Positions 40,788 to 50,003 of a stretch of 64,000 nucleotides of DNA are shown piece by piece; position 1 is the first letter of the stretch, and the number at the start of each line of letters is the position of its first letter. Where the stretch lies: NCBI GenBank assembly GCA_017559845.1, contig JAFYQQ010000017.1, positions 20,224 through 84,223 on the forward strand, in the 5' to 3' direction. The notes beneath the pieces were generated by a model. It was not told the origin of the DNA and did no database searches. It saw only the letters and a list, made by a program, of their open reading frames with translations. This DNA comes from Bacteroidaceae bacterium (GTDB lineage: Bacteria; Bacteroidota; Bacteroidia; Bacteroidales; Bacteroidaceae). A program made the position numbers and the translations under genes.

Positions 40788-42808
40788 AAAAGTGGTGTCT
40801 GCTTCTGCTCGGTTTGCTTCCTGTTACGGCGTGGGCACAGGAAACCACATCGCTCCGCGTTGTGCAGGTAACTGCACAACGTCGGCTCACCGATACGGGT
40901 CTGCAGAAAAGTTCGCTTGACAGCACCGTACTGCATGACCACATCGCCTCTTCACTGGCAGACATCCTTACCCGACACTCCACCCTCTTCATCAAAAGCT
41001 ATGGCAGGGCAACTGAAAGCACAGCCGAATTCAGAGGCACATCGCCCAGCCACACGCAAGTAACCTGGAACGGGATGCGCATCAACTCGCCCATGTTAGG
41101 CACAGTGGACTTCAGCACCATTCCCTCTTATTTTATCGACCAAGCCACCCTTTACCATGGTGCAAGCAGCATGCACCTTACAGGCGGCGGACTGGGCGGT
41201 GCGGTGGAGCTGAACAGTCTTGTCCCCAACATGCCCGGCCATTCGCTGCAATATGTACAGGGCATAGGCTCGTACAACACATACGACCAGTTCCTGCAGT
41301 TCAGCCACACCGGACCGAAATGGAGCAGCAACACCCGCCTGGTGTACAGTACCAGTAAAAACGACTTCAGCTACATCAACCATGACAAAAAGGTGGACGT
41401 AAGAGACGAGCAGGGGAACATTGTCCACAGTTACCATCCCAAGGAACGCAACCAAAGCGGATACTTCACGGACATCCATGCCCTGCAGGACATTTTCTAT
41501 AATGACGGCGCAGGAAACCGCATGGGGCTTTCCGTATGGTATGCCCATCACAAAAGAGGACTTCCCTTTCTGAGCGTGGACTACAAGGACGACACAGACT
41601 TCACCAACGAGCAGGGCCAAAACACCCTGCGCAGTGTACTGAACTGGACACACACGAAAAGCCAATGGAAATCCACTGTGCGTGGCGGCTATGCCTATCA
41701 GGACATTGCCTATGACTACCATACCACCCGACAGGGCATAAAGAACGACATCACCCAAAGCCAAAGCCACACGCACAATGGTTATGTGCAGGCCGAGGCT
41801 GACTACCTGCCCCATGAGAAATGGATGCTGAACGCCAAGGCGGAAGCCTACTATAACAAGGTAAGGAGCCATGAGAAAAGCCCTTTCCAGCAGCACGAAA
41901 ACTACAACAAGGGACGGATGGAATACCACGGCAGTCTGCAGGCCCGTTGGCGCCCCGTATCACCGTTAAGCCTTGCAGCCATTGTCAGAGAGGAAATCTA
42001 TGGAAAGAAATGGATTCCTGTCATGCCCGCTCTATTTGCCGACTGCATCCTATATGCCCCGTGGAAACTGGTGGCAAAGGCATCCATCGCACGCAATTAC
42101 CGCTATCCGTCCATGAACGATCTTTACTTCAAGCCCGGCGGCAATCCCGACCTGGAACCGGAAAAAGGCTTTACCTACGATGCCGGTTTGGAATGGGACA
42201 TCCGAAACAAGGCTTTCCAACTGAAAGGCTCGTTCAGCGCATTCGACTCGTACATCAAGGACTGGATTCTGTGGACACCCAATACCAAAGGCTATTGGCA
42301 GCCAAGCAACGTGAAAAAGGTGCACAACTACGGCACGGAAATCATGCTGGAAGCCGTCACGAAGATAAGCAAGCACACAAGAGCAAGCCTTACAGCCAAC
42401 TATGCCTTTACACCAAGCATCAACCAAGGCAAGCCATCAAACGACAACGATGCCTCTTATGGCAAGCAACTCTGCTATGTGCCCAAGCACTCGGCCAACA
42501 TTTCCGCATGGCTGGAATGGAAGACTTGGGCGCTTCAATATAAATGGATCCACTACAGCGAGCGCTTCACCACCACAAGCAACGAGTCGGACTACATCAC
42601 CGGACATCTGAAGCCCTATTTCATGTCTGACATGGCCATTGAAAAGGCATTCCACTGGAAACGGCTCGACGCGTCCGTAAAAGCGGTAGTGAACAATCTG
42701 CTGGACACAGACTATGTAACGGTGCTGTCCCGACCGATGGCTGGGCGGAACTTTGAAATATTCATCCAACTGAGACCCTTATGGAAACAAAAAAGACAAG
42801 CGTTCTGA
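40784..42808 (+). CDS. btuB: TonB-dependent vitamin B12 outer-membrane receptor (BtuB-like)
   Basis: 674 aa. Signal peptide, plug motifs (LADILTRHSTLFIKSYG, FRGTSPSHTQVTWNGMRINSP), 22-strand-sized barrel. Under riboswitch control. Confidence 0.85.
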   Translation: MKKWCLLLLGLLPVTAWAQETTSLRVVQVTAQRRLTDTGLQKSSLDSTVLHDHIASSLADILTRHSTLFIKSYGRATESTAEFRGTSPSHTQVTWNGMRINSPMLGTVDFSTIPSYFIDQATLYHGASSMHLTGGGLGGAVELNSLVPNMPGHSLQYVQGIGSYNTYDQFLQFSHTGPKWSSNTRLVYSTSKNDFSYINHDKKVDVRDEQGNIVHSYHPKERNQSGYFTDIHALQDIFYNDGAGNRMGLSVWYAHHKRGLPFLSVDYKDDTDFTNEQGQNTLRSVLNWTHTKSQWKSTVRGGYAYQDIAYDYHTTRQGIKNDITQSQSHTHNGYVQAEADYLPHEKWMLNAKAEAYYNKVRSHEKSPFQQHENYNKGRMEYHGSLQARWRPVSPLSLAAIVREEIYGKKWIPVMPALFADCILYAPWKLVAKASIARNYRYPSMNDLYFKPGGNPDLEPEKGFTYDAGLEWDIRNKAFQLKGSFSAFDSYIKDWILWTPNTKGYWQPSNVKKVHNYGTEIMLEAVTKISKHTRASLTANYAFTPSINQGKPSNDNDASYGKQLCYVPKHSANISAWLEWKTWALQYKWIHYSERFTTTSNESDYITGHLKPYFMSDMAIEKAFHWKRLDASVKAVVNNLLDTDYVTVLSRPMAGRNFEIFIQLRPLWKQKRQAF

Positions 42809-43902
42809 AGACGCTGATATTCCTGACTGTCACACTCATGATGACTGCATGCCAAGGCAAGGCTTCCATGCCTGCGGAAAGAGCGGAAGGAGACACAATT
42901 GTGATGCGCTACGCACGCAATCTGTGCCTGATACAACATGCAGACTACACAGAAGCCATCATACGCAATCCCTGGGATACCACCCAAATGCAGAATCGCT
43001 ACATTCTGACGGGAAAAGGCATTCGGCCAAACGATGTGGAAGGCACACTGCTCAAAGTGCCGTTCCACAAAGCTGCCGTCTTTACAGGCGTACATTGTGC
43101 ACTATTGCAGGAATTGGGATGCGAAGGCGCGATTGGCGGTGTGTGTGAAGTCAAATACATCGGTATCCCCTACATACAGAAAGGGGTCGAAGAAGGGCGC
43201 ATCGCCGACCTGGGAAACGGCATGGCACCGAATATGGAAAGCATCATGGACTTGCAGCCAGACGTGCTGATGCCAAGCCTTTTTGAAAACAACAGCGGAT
43301 ATGGCAGACTGGAACGGCTTGGGATTCCCATTGTGGGATGTGCCGAATACATGGAAACCTCGCCTTTGGCGCAAGCCGAATGGATGCGGTTCTACGGAAG
43401 GCTTTTCGGGAAAGGGACTACCGCCGACAGTCTTTTCGAGTGTATAGAAAAAGAATATATGACATTAAAGGAGACGGCCATGGCGGTGAAAGAAAAGCCA
43501 TCGGTCATCAGCGAGCTGCCACAAAGCGGAAAATGGTTCGTGGCCGCCGGCCAAAGTACCAGCGGACAACTCTACAGAGATGCCGGTGCGGACTATGCCT
43601 TCTCGCATATTGAAGGTTCGGGCAGTGTGGCACTCAGCATGGAAGAAGTCTTGGAGAAAGCCATACATGCCGACCTGTGGATGGTCAAACGTTATGGAGC
43701 CGCCACAAGGACACAGCTGACAAGCGAACAGCCGGGACTGAACAGGATTGCCGCCCGGATGTGGCTATGCGACACACAGACAAGCCGTTACTTTGAAGAG
43801 ACACCCTTCCATCCGGAATGGGTATTGAAGAACCTGATACAGATATTCCACCCCGAACTGGGCATTGAAAGCGAAAAGAAATACTTTTGTCCTTTAGAAT
43901 GA
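42781..43902 (+). CDS. btuF: ABC transporter periplasmic cobalamin/siderophore-binding lipoprotein (BtuF-like)
   Basis: Lipobox TLMMTACQG. Class III substrate-binding protein pattern (LQPDVLMPS, RLGIPIV). Operon context. Confidence 0.75.
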   Translation: METKKTSVLKTLIFLTVTLMMTACQGKASMPAERAEGDTIVMRYARNLCLIQHADYTEAIIRNPWDTTQMQNRYILTGKGIRPNDVEGTLLKVPFHKAAVFTGVHCALLQELGCEGAIGGVCEVKYIGIPYIQKGVEEGRIADLGNGMAPNMESIMDLQPDVLMPSLFENNSGYGRLERLGIPIVGCAEYMETSPLAQAEWMRFYGRLFGKGTTADSLFECIEKEYMTLKETAMAVKEKPSVISELPQSGKWFVAAGQSTSGQLYRDAGADYAFSHIEGSGSVALSMEEVLEKAIHADLWMVKRYGAATRTQLTSEQPGLNRIAARMWLCDTQTSRYFEETPFHPEWVLKNLIQIFHPELGIESEKKYFCPLE

Positions 43903-44918
43903 AAAAGCTCATCCTCTTTATACTGATGCTGGCAACGGTGGCATTGTGTGCCGCCAACCTGTGGTGGGGAAGTCTGGACATCCCTGCCAAAGCCGTGTGG
44001 AAGATTCTTTGCGGAGAAGACATACCCGAACATCCGTCATGGAAATTCATCATATTGGAAAACCGCATACCACAGATGGTCACGGCCCTATGTTGCGGAG
44101 CTGCACTCAGCACCAGCGGCCTTTTGTTGCAGACGGCTTTCCGCAATCCGCTTGCCGGCCCTTCCATATTGGGCATTGACTCGGGCGCCAATCTGGGCGT
44201 AGCACTGGCAATGCTGTATCTGGGCGGAAGCGTTACACTGGGAGGCCTCAGCCTTGATGGTTACCTACTGGTCATTGCCGCCGCCATGGCTGGAGCACTT
44301 GGCATCATGGGGTTGCTGTTGCTGATTTCGGGTCTGCTCCGAAGTCCGGTGATGTTGCTTATCACGGGCGTCATCATCAGCTATGTGACGGGAGCACTCA
44401 TCAGCCTGCTCAACTTTTCCGCCACAGAGGAAGGCGTACATTCCTACATCATGTGGGGAATGGGCAACTTCAGCGGCATATCCTTGGACCGTCTGCCCGT
44501 CTATGTGCTACTTTGCGCCATCGGGCTTATGACAAGCATATTGCTGATAAAGCCGCTTGACACCCTGCTGTTGGGCGACAATTATGCCGCCAATCTGGGA
44601 ACCAGTATACGCCTTACCCGCAATGCGTTGCTCTGCTGTACCGGTCTGCTCACCGCCACCACCACCGCCTTTTGCGGCCCCATCTCCTTCCTGGGACTGG
44701 CGGTTCCGCACATCGCACGCATGGTCATGCGCACCGGAAACCACCGCATACTGATGCCTGCCACCATGCTGACCGGTGGCTGTCTGGCACTGCTCTGTAA
44801 TCTGTGCAGCACACTGCCCCCCAACGGTAGTCTAATACCCATCAACGTCATCACACCACTCATAGGTGCTCCGGTCATCCTATACGTCATACTACATACC
44901 CGAAAACAGCAAGCATGA
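43899..44918 (+). CDS. btuC: FecCD-family ABC permease (BtuC-like)
   Basis: ATG 43899 overlaps the upstream TGA (ATGA). About 10 TM segments. FecCD motifs (ALCCGAALSTSGLLLQTAFRNPLAGPSILGI; ITPLIGAPVILYVI). Confidence 0.85.
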   Translation: MKKLILFILMLATVALCAANLWWGSLDIPAKAVWKILCGEDIPEHPSWKFIILENRIPQMVTALCCGAALSTSGLLLQTAFRNPLAGPSILGIDSGANLGVALAMLYLGGSVTLGGLSLDGYLLVIAAAMAGALGIMGLLLLISGLLRSPVMLLITGVIISYVTGALISLLNFSATEEGVHSYIMWGMGNFSGISLDRLPVYVLLCAIGLMTSILLIKPLDTLLLGDNYAANLGTSIRLTRNALLCCTGLLTATTTAFCGPISFLGLAVPHIARMVMRTGNHRILMPATMLTGGCLALLCNLCSTLPPNGSLIPINVITPLIGAPVILYVILHTRKQQA

Positions 44919-45670
44919 TCACACTTGAAGACCTCTCTACAGGATATGGCAGCCGTTGCGTGGCCAGCCATCTGAACGCCTCACTTTCCCCCGGACGCCT
45001 TACTTGTCTGCTGGGCGCAAACGGTGTGGGCAAAAGCACCCTGCTGCGTACTCTTTGCGGTTTTCTGCCGCCAATGGGCGGAAGTATCCGCATAAACGGA
45101 ACGGACATAAGACAACTGTCGCGCAAAGAGATGAGCCGGACAATTGGCGTGGTGCTGACCGAACGGCCGGACGTGCCGGACATGAACGTGGAAGAGATGA
45201 CGGCAATGGGACGCACACCCTACACGGGCTTCTGGGGAAGCCTGCAGGGCAAAGACAAGGAAGCCGTGAAGGAAGCCATGCAGATGGTGGGAATAGCACA
45301 TCTGCGCGTACGCAAGGTTCATACCCTGAGCGACGGAGAAAGGCAGAAGGTAATGATTGCCAAGACACTGGCACAGCAGACGCCCGTTATACTGTTGGAC
45401 GAGCCTACCGCCTTTCTGGACTTTCCGAGCAAGGTGGAAACCATGCGCCTGCTGAAGCGGTTGGCTCACGAAAACGGAAAGACCATATTCCTGAGTACGC
45501 ACGACCTGGAAATGGCCATACAGCTGGCAGATGACCTGTGGCTGCTTTCCAAAGAAGGCCTGCAAAGCGGAACAGCTGACAACCTTTCGGCCAACGGAAG
45601 TCTGGAACGTTTTGTGTCGTGCAACGGAATCAAGTTCGATGCCGCAAGAAAAGTGTTTTATCTGTCCTGA
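44915..45670 (+). CDS. btuD: ABC transporter ATP-binding protein (BtuD-like)
   Basis: ATGA overlap with the upstream gene. Walker A GANGVGKSTLL, signature LSDGERQKV, Walker B ILLDEPTAFLD. Confidence 0.88.
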   Translation: MITLEDLSTGYGSRCVASHLNASLSPGRLTCLLGANGVGKSTLLRTLCGFLPPMGGSIRINGTDIRQLSRKEMSRTIGVVLTERPDVPDMNVEEMTAMGRTPYTGFWGSLQGKDKEAVKEAMQMVGIAHLRVRKVHTLSDGERQKVMIAKTLAQQTPVILLDEPTAFLDFPSKVETMRLLKRLAHENGKTIFLSTHDLEMAIQLADDLWLLSKEGLQSGTADNLSANGSLERFVSCNGIKFDAARKVFYLS

Positions 45671-45720
45671 AGCGGAGGAATCTTTCGTCTTTCCCAACAT
45701 TTTCACATACAGATACCCTT

Positions 45721-45835
45721 CGGCGAGGGGTCGCGGAGCATTTCCACAGCGAAAAAATGGCCGGCGAGGGGTCGCGGAGCATTTCCACAACGAAAAAACG
45801 GCCGGCGAGGGGTCGCGGAGCATTCTTACAGCAAA
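45721..45835. repeat. 41-bp tandem repeat x2.7
   Basis: CGGCGAGGGGTCGCGGAGCATTTCCACAGCGAAAAAATGGC starts at 45721, 45762 and 45803. The third copy diverges after about 25 nt. Confidence 0.9.
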
Positions 45836-45982
45836 ATATGCCGAGGATTTTGAATTAAGGGATGTTCTAAAAATTATGTCGAGTTGATTTTAGTCCTTTG
45901 GCTGTCGCCAAGGGACTACCGCTCGGAATATCCTAAACAAGTTTGGTTTTCGCTCGCTTAATCGTCCCTTTCGTGTGTGCTT

Positions 45983-46189
45983 CTTCTGTATAACAAAAGA
46001 CGGGAGTACAAAGTTGATGGTCATCCTGAACTTGTTTCAGGATCTGTCCGCGGAGAAGGACAAGAAAAGGCTCGCGGTGAGATGCTGAACTAAATTCAGC
46101 ATGACATATGGAGTCATTTGTTATTTATACTCTCATTTTGGGGAAGCCAATTCAATACTTCTATATAACAAAAGACGAGAGTCCAAAGT
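45983..46189. repeat. 32-nt direct repeats flanking a hairpin-ended element
   Basis: CTTCTGTATAACAAAAGACGGGAGTACAAAGT (45983-46014) versus CTTCTATATAACAAAAGACGAGAGTCCAAAGT (46158-46189), 29/32 match. Confidence 0.8.
46020..46105. repeat. 86-bp hairpin-ended (MITE-like) element, relative of 3469-3620
   Basis: Left end GTCATCCTGAACTTGTTTCAGGATC (self-hairpin ATCCTGAA/TTCAGGAT). Right end GATGCTGAACTAAATTCAGCATGAC (self-hairpin ATGCTGAA/TTCAGCAT). Confidence 0.65.
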
Positions 46190-46500
46190 GGAATGATGAA
46201 GGACGTCTGAAGAATAAACGTTGAACGAAAACGTCTGAAAGACGTGAATTTGAATAGCCGGGGGCTTTTAAGCCCTCGGTATCTTACGTCCGCACAATAA
46301 TGGCGTCTGTAAAGACGCGAATCGGCAACGTGGGGATTATTTCGTTCAACGCTCATCGTTAAACGTTCAAAAACATTGCCGTTCCGCGTCTTCCAGACGC
46401 CATTTTTTTATCTTGTCAATTTTCCACGGGTTCAAGAACCCGCGGCTATTCGCCCTTCGGGCTTCCCGTCTTCCAGACGGAGTGAACCATTTTTAGCACA
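46190..46500. repeat. cluster of short hairpin modules (same family as 25500-25705, opposite orientation)
   Basis: ACGTCTGAAAGACGT, GAATAGCCGGGGGCTTTTAAGCCCTCGG, GCGTCTGTAAAGACGC, GCGTCTTCCAGACGC, CACGGGTTCAAGAACCCGCGG, GCCCTTCGGGC, CGTCTTCCAGACGG. The 44-nt segment 46421-46464 is an exact inverted copy of 25531-25574. Confidence 0.85.
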
Positions 46501-46507
46501 TACCTTA

Positions 46508-47392
46508 CTACTGGCCAAACTTAACCATTCTGTTCCGCAGCAGATTGGCAAATTCATGATTCTTCAGCCCCCACTGCGGAGCGATGACCATTTCGGGCGG
46601 ACTCTGGCTTACGAAGCGTTCCATTACCAGGCCGTAGGGCAAACGGCTGATGTAATGCAGCACCAGGTCGATGTATTCCTCGGCCGTGGGCACCGCCCAG
46701 GGATGTTCGGCATACTCCCTTGCCAGCTGTGTGCCACGGATAATCTGTAACTGATGCAGCTTGAGGGTGGTCAGCGGTAAGCGGCCTATTTCCTCAGCCT
46801 GGCGCATAAGTTCGTCGAACGGTTCCCACGGAAAGCCCAATATGACATGCGCCCCCACCCTGATACCACGTTCTGCCGTGCGGCATATCGCCTCGCATGA
46901 CTGACGGAACGTATGCCCGCGGTTGATGCGCAAAAGGGTCTCGTCGTTGGCACTCTCCACACCATATTCCACAATCAGGAAAGTGCGTCTGTTCAGTTCT
47001 TCCAGATAATCCAAAAGATTGTCCGGCATGCAGTCGGGACGTGTACCGATGACCAGCCCCACTACATCGGGCACGCGAAGCGCCTCTTCATATAGACTGA
47101 CCAGGCGGTCCAGTTCGGCGTAGGTATTGGTATAGGCCTGGAAGTAGGCCAGATACTTCATGGACGGATACTTGCGGGCAAAGAACTGCTTGCCCTCTTC
47201 CAACTGCTGTGTTATGCTCTTTTCCGTGCGGCAATAGGCGGGATTGAACGTCTGGTTATTGCAAAACGTACAACCGCCCGTGCCCAGAGTGCCGTCCCTG
47301 TTGGGGCACGTCATTCCGGCATTGACAGATATCTTCTGAACCTTGCAGCCCAGCTCGCTTTGCAGCCACGGGCCAAATTCCATGTACTTCAT
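46508..47392 (-). CDS. TIGR01212-family radical SAM protein
   Basis: 294 aa. CPNRDGTLGTGGCTFC cluster motif near the N-terminus, typical of the YhcC/TIGR01212 family. Confidence 0.85.
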   Translation of the reverse strand: MKYMEFGPWLQSELGCKVQKISVNAGMTCPNRDGTLGTGGCTFCNNQTFNPAYCRTEKSITQQLEEGKQFFARKYPSMKYLAYFQAYTNTYAELDRLVSLYEEALRVPDVVGLVIGTRPDCMPDNLLDYLEELNRRTFLIVEYGVESANDETLLRINRGHTFRQSCEAICRTAERGIRVGAHVILGFPWEPFDELMRQAEEIGRLPLTTLKLHQLQIIRGTQLAREYAEHPWAVPTAEEYIDLVLHYISRLPYGLVMERFVSQSPPEMVIAPQWGLKNHEFANLLRNRMVKFGQ

Positions 47393-47473
47393 AACGTAAA
47401 AGTACTGCTTTCAGTCATAAATACCAAATAATTTTCGTATCTTCGCTGCCAAAATGATTTAATTGACCATATT

Positions 47474-49681
47474 ATGAGACGTATTTTCTCCCTTCTGTCC
47501 CTCGTGCTGGCACTATTCAGCATGCAGGCAAAGGCCGACAATCTCGACCTGAAAGATTTGTGCAGCGGAACGTATTCGGCCCGCAGGATATCTGGTGTGA
47601 ACCCCTTGAACGACGGCGAGTCCTATGCCCAGCTCAGTCCAGACCATACACAGATTCTCACCTATTCATTCAAGACTGGCGAGCAGACCGGCGTACTCTT
47701 TGATGTCAACAACATCAAGGGACGCATCCGCATAAAAGGCATTGACGGCTACATCATGAGCCCCGACGAAAGCCACATTCTGTTGCAGACCCAAACTAAG
47801 CGCATTTATCGCCACAGCTTCACGGCCGAGTATTATATATATAATGTAAAGAGCCGCACGCTGGCCAACCTCAGCACCAACGGTCCGCAGGAAGTTCCCC
47901 TTTGGAGCAAGGACGGAAACATGGTGGCCTTTGTGCGCGAGGGCAACCTGTTCCTGGTGAAACTGCTGTTCAACAACAGCGAGAGCCAGGTAACCAAGGA
48001 CGGCAAGTTCAACGAAATCATCAACGGAAAGCCCGACTGGGTGAACGAAGAGGAATTCTCGTTCAACCGCGCCTTCGACTTCAATGCCGACGGCACCATG
48101 CTGGCCTGGATCCGTTATGACGAAAGCAAAGTGCCCCTCTACTCCTTCCCCTGGTTCAAGGGCATGTATCCCGAGAAGACACAGTATGCCGACTACCCCG
48201 GCACGTATGACTACAAGTATCCCATTGCCGGACAGCCCAACAGCATTGTAAAGGTGCAGACCTTCGACATCAAGAGCCGTGCCATCCGAGACATGCAGCT
48301 TCCACTCCCCGAGGACGGATACATTCCACGCATCCACTTTACCGATGACCCGTTGAAACTGCTGGTGCTCACACAGAACCGCCACCAGAACCAGTTGGAC
48401 ATCTATGTGGCTAACCCCCGCTCAACAGAATGCCGTTGCATTGTGCGCGATGCTGCCGAAAAATACATCACCGAAGAACCCTACAAGAACCTCAGCCTTC
48501 ATCCCGGAGGTTTCGTACTGATGAGCGAACGCAGCGGATATAACCACCTCTACCTGTACGATCTGAACGGCACCATGAAGCGCCAGCTCACCAGCGGAAA
48601 CTTTGTGGTGACAGACTATTACGGATATGACGCCAAGACCGGCACCACATATTATGCCGCCAATCAGGAAGGCGCAACCAAGAAGGCCGTCTACAAAAGC
48701 GACATCAAGGGAAAGGTACTGAAGCTGAGCACCAAGGAAGGTACAAACGACGCCATCTTCAGCAAAGACATGAAATACTTCATGAACGTGTACAGCAACA
48801 TCAACACACCGCCCGTCACATCCCTCTGCGATGCCAAGGGAAAGGAACTCAAGGTTCTGGAAGACAACCAGGCACTCAAGGACAAGCTGGCCACAATCGA
48901 CCTGGGCGAACGCCGCTTCTTCACCTTCCAGACACAGGACGGAGTGGAACTGAACGGATATATGGTACTGCCCCCCACCTTCAACGAAGGCCAGAAGTAT
49001 CCCGTGGTAATGTATCAGTACAGCGGCCCCGGCAGCCAGCAGGTGCTTGACAGTTGGAACGCCGGCAACATGGGCGGAACCCTCTACGAGCAGTATCTTG
49101 CACAACGCGGATTCATCAGCGTGGTTGTGGACGGACGCGGTACAGGCGGACGCGGACGCGACTTCGAGCAGTGCACTTATCTGAAGTTGGGCCAGTTGGA
49201 AAGCCACGACCAGGCCGAGGCCGCCATCTATCTGGGCACCCTCCCTTATGTGGACAAGAACCGCATCGGAATCTGGGGCTGGAGCTTCGGCGGATTCAAC
49301 ACCTTGATGAGCATGAGCGAAGGCCGTGGCGTATTTGCCGCCGGAGTGGCCGTTGCACCTCCCACCAGCTGGCGCTATTACGACACCGTCTATACCGAAC
49401 GCTTCATGCGCACCCCCAACGAGAACAAGGAAGGATATGACGTAAGCCCCATCGGCCGTGCCAACCAGCTGCAGGGCCACCTTCTGCTGTGCCACGGAAT
49501 GGCAGACGACAACGTACACTACCGCAACATTGCCGAATACTCCGAAGCACTGGTACAGGCTGACAAGGACTTCAAGGAACTTGCCTACACCAACCGTAAC
49601 CACAGCATTTACGGCGGCAACACCCGCCATCACCTTTTCCGCCAAATCACAAATTGGTTTGTGGATTATTTGCAAAAGTAA
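47474..49681 (+). CDS. dipeptidyl-peptidase IV (S9B serine peptidase)
   Basis: 735 aa. Signal peptide, beta-propeller N-domain, catalytic GWSFGG, HGMADDNVHY (Asp/His region). Confidence 0.9.
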   Translation: MRRIFSLLSLVLALFSMQAKADNLDLKDLCSGTYSARRISGVNPLNDGESYAQLSPDHTQILTYSFKTGEQTGVLFDVNNIKGRIRIKGIDGYIMSPDESHILLQTQTKRIYRHSFTAEYYIYNVKSRTLANLSTNGPQEVPLWSKDGNMVAFVREGNLFLVKLLFNNSESQVTKDGKFNEIINGKPDWVNEEEFSFNRAFDFNADGTMLAWIRYDESKVPLYSFPWFKGMYPEKTQYADYPGTYDYKYPIAGQPNSIVKVQTFDIKSRAIRDMQLPLPEDGYIPRIHFTDDPLKLLVLTQNRHQNQLDIYVANPRSTECRCIVRDAAEKYITEEPYKNLSLHPGGFVLMSERSGYNHLYLYDLNGTMKRQLTSGNFVVTDYYGYDAKTGTTYYAANQEGATKKAVYKSDIKGKVLKLSTKEGTNDAIFSKDMKYFMNVYSNINTPPVTSLCDAKGKELKVLEDNQALKDKLATIDLGERRFFTFQTQDGVELNGYMVLPPTFNEGQKYPVVMYQYSGPGSQQVLDSWNAGNMGGTLYEQYLAQRGFISVVVDGRGTGGRGRDFEQCTYLKLGQLESHDQAEAAIYLGTLPYVDKNRIGIWGWSFGGFNTLMSMSEGRGVFAAGVAVAPPTSWRYYDTVYTERFMRTPNENKEGYDVSPIGRANQLQGHLLLCHGMADDNVHYRNIAEYSEALVQADKDFKELAYTNRNHSIYGGNTRHHLFRQITNWFVDYLQK

Positions 49682-49692
49682 AAAATACTCAC

Positions 49693-49700
49693 TACCTTTG
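49693..49700 (+). promoter_or_regulatory. candidate -7 element TACCTTTG for tRNA-Arg
   Basis: TAnnTTTG match ending 12 nt before the first tRNA nucleotide. Confidence 0.5.
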
Positions 49701-49712
49701 CACCGCAATTCA

Positions 49713-49786
49713 GGCCCCGTAGCTTAGCTGTATAGAGCGTCAGATTCCGGTTCTGAAGGTCAAGGGTTAGAATCCCTTCGGGGTCA
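49713..49786 (+). tRNA. tRNA-Arg (anticodon CCG)
   Basis: Hand-folded cloverleaf. Acceptor GGCCCCG/CGGGGTC (one G-T pair), D stem GCTT/GAGC, anticodon stem TCAGA/TCTGA with loop TTCCGGT, T arm AAGGG-TTAGAAT-CCCTT, discriminator A. 74 nt, CCA not encoded. Confidence 0.9.
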
Positions 49787-49787
49787 C

Positions 49788-49852
49788 AAAGAGAAGGACT
49801 CTCCATTTCGATGAAAATTTATTTTCAAGAGAAGAGGAGAGTCCTTTTCTTT
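49788..49852 (+). terminator. 17-bp-stem hairpin immediately 3' of the tRNA
   Basis: AAAGAGAAGGACTCTCC / GGAGAGTCCTTTTCTTT (one G-U pair), 31-nt loop. The U-rich 3' arm suggests a possible tRNA terminator. Confidence 0.45.
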
Positions 49853-49973
49853 GTTAGACCTTCGCCAATCCCGAAGGGGACACCTTCCCGTGGAAAGGGA
49901 TGGGAACAACAATGTTAATCCTAAAGAGATAAAGAAAACACCAAACAAATTTGCAAGTACGCAAATAAGTACT

Positions 49974-49981
49974 TATCTTTG
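49974..49981 (+). promoter_or_regulatory. candidate -7 element TATCTTTG (with TTTG about 22 nt upstream) for the phd/yoeB module
   Basis: TAnnTTTG match 22 nt upstream of ATG 50004. A -33-like TTTG lies at 49949-49952. Confidence 0.5.
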
Positions 49982-50003
49982 CGGTAGAATAAAAATAAAT
50001 TTT

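Noticed and set aside
44956-45823. Long alternative-frame ORFs (192 aa plus strand; 280 aa and 124 aa minus strand) over btuD
   Set aside because: The annotated frame has Walker A, ABC signature and Walker B motifs. The alternative frames are Arg/Gly/Pro-rich shadow ORFs.
45721-45835. Possible CRISPR array (41-bp periodic repeat)
   Set aside because: The whole 41-nt unit repeats with no unique spacers. There are only 2.7 copies, and no cas genes or leader. It is a plain tandem repeat.
48422-49708. 428-aa ORF antisense to the DPP-IV gene
   Set aside because: This is a shadow ORF. The plus-strand frame carries unmistakable S9 peptidase motifs (GWSFGG, DDNVH), while the antisense translation has no motifs and runs past the DPP-IV stop toward the tRNA.
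49858-49890. Degenerate copy of the tRNA-Arg 3' end (GTTAGA...AATCCCGAAGGGGACAC versus GTTAGAATCCCTTCGGGGTCAC) as a possible att site
   Set aside because: The similarity is interrupted and only about 13 of 19 core positions match. It lies just 75 nt from the tRNA rather than at the far island edge. This is not enough to call an attachment site.
49851-50003. 51-codon extension of the Phd/YefM ORF
   Set aside because: It starts at a non-ATG codon inside the tRNA-flanking hairpin region and would run through the TAnnTTTG promoter motif at 49974. The ATG at 50004 gives the canonical antitoxin length.
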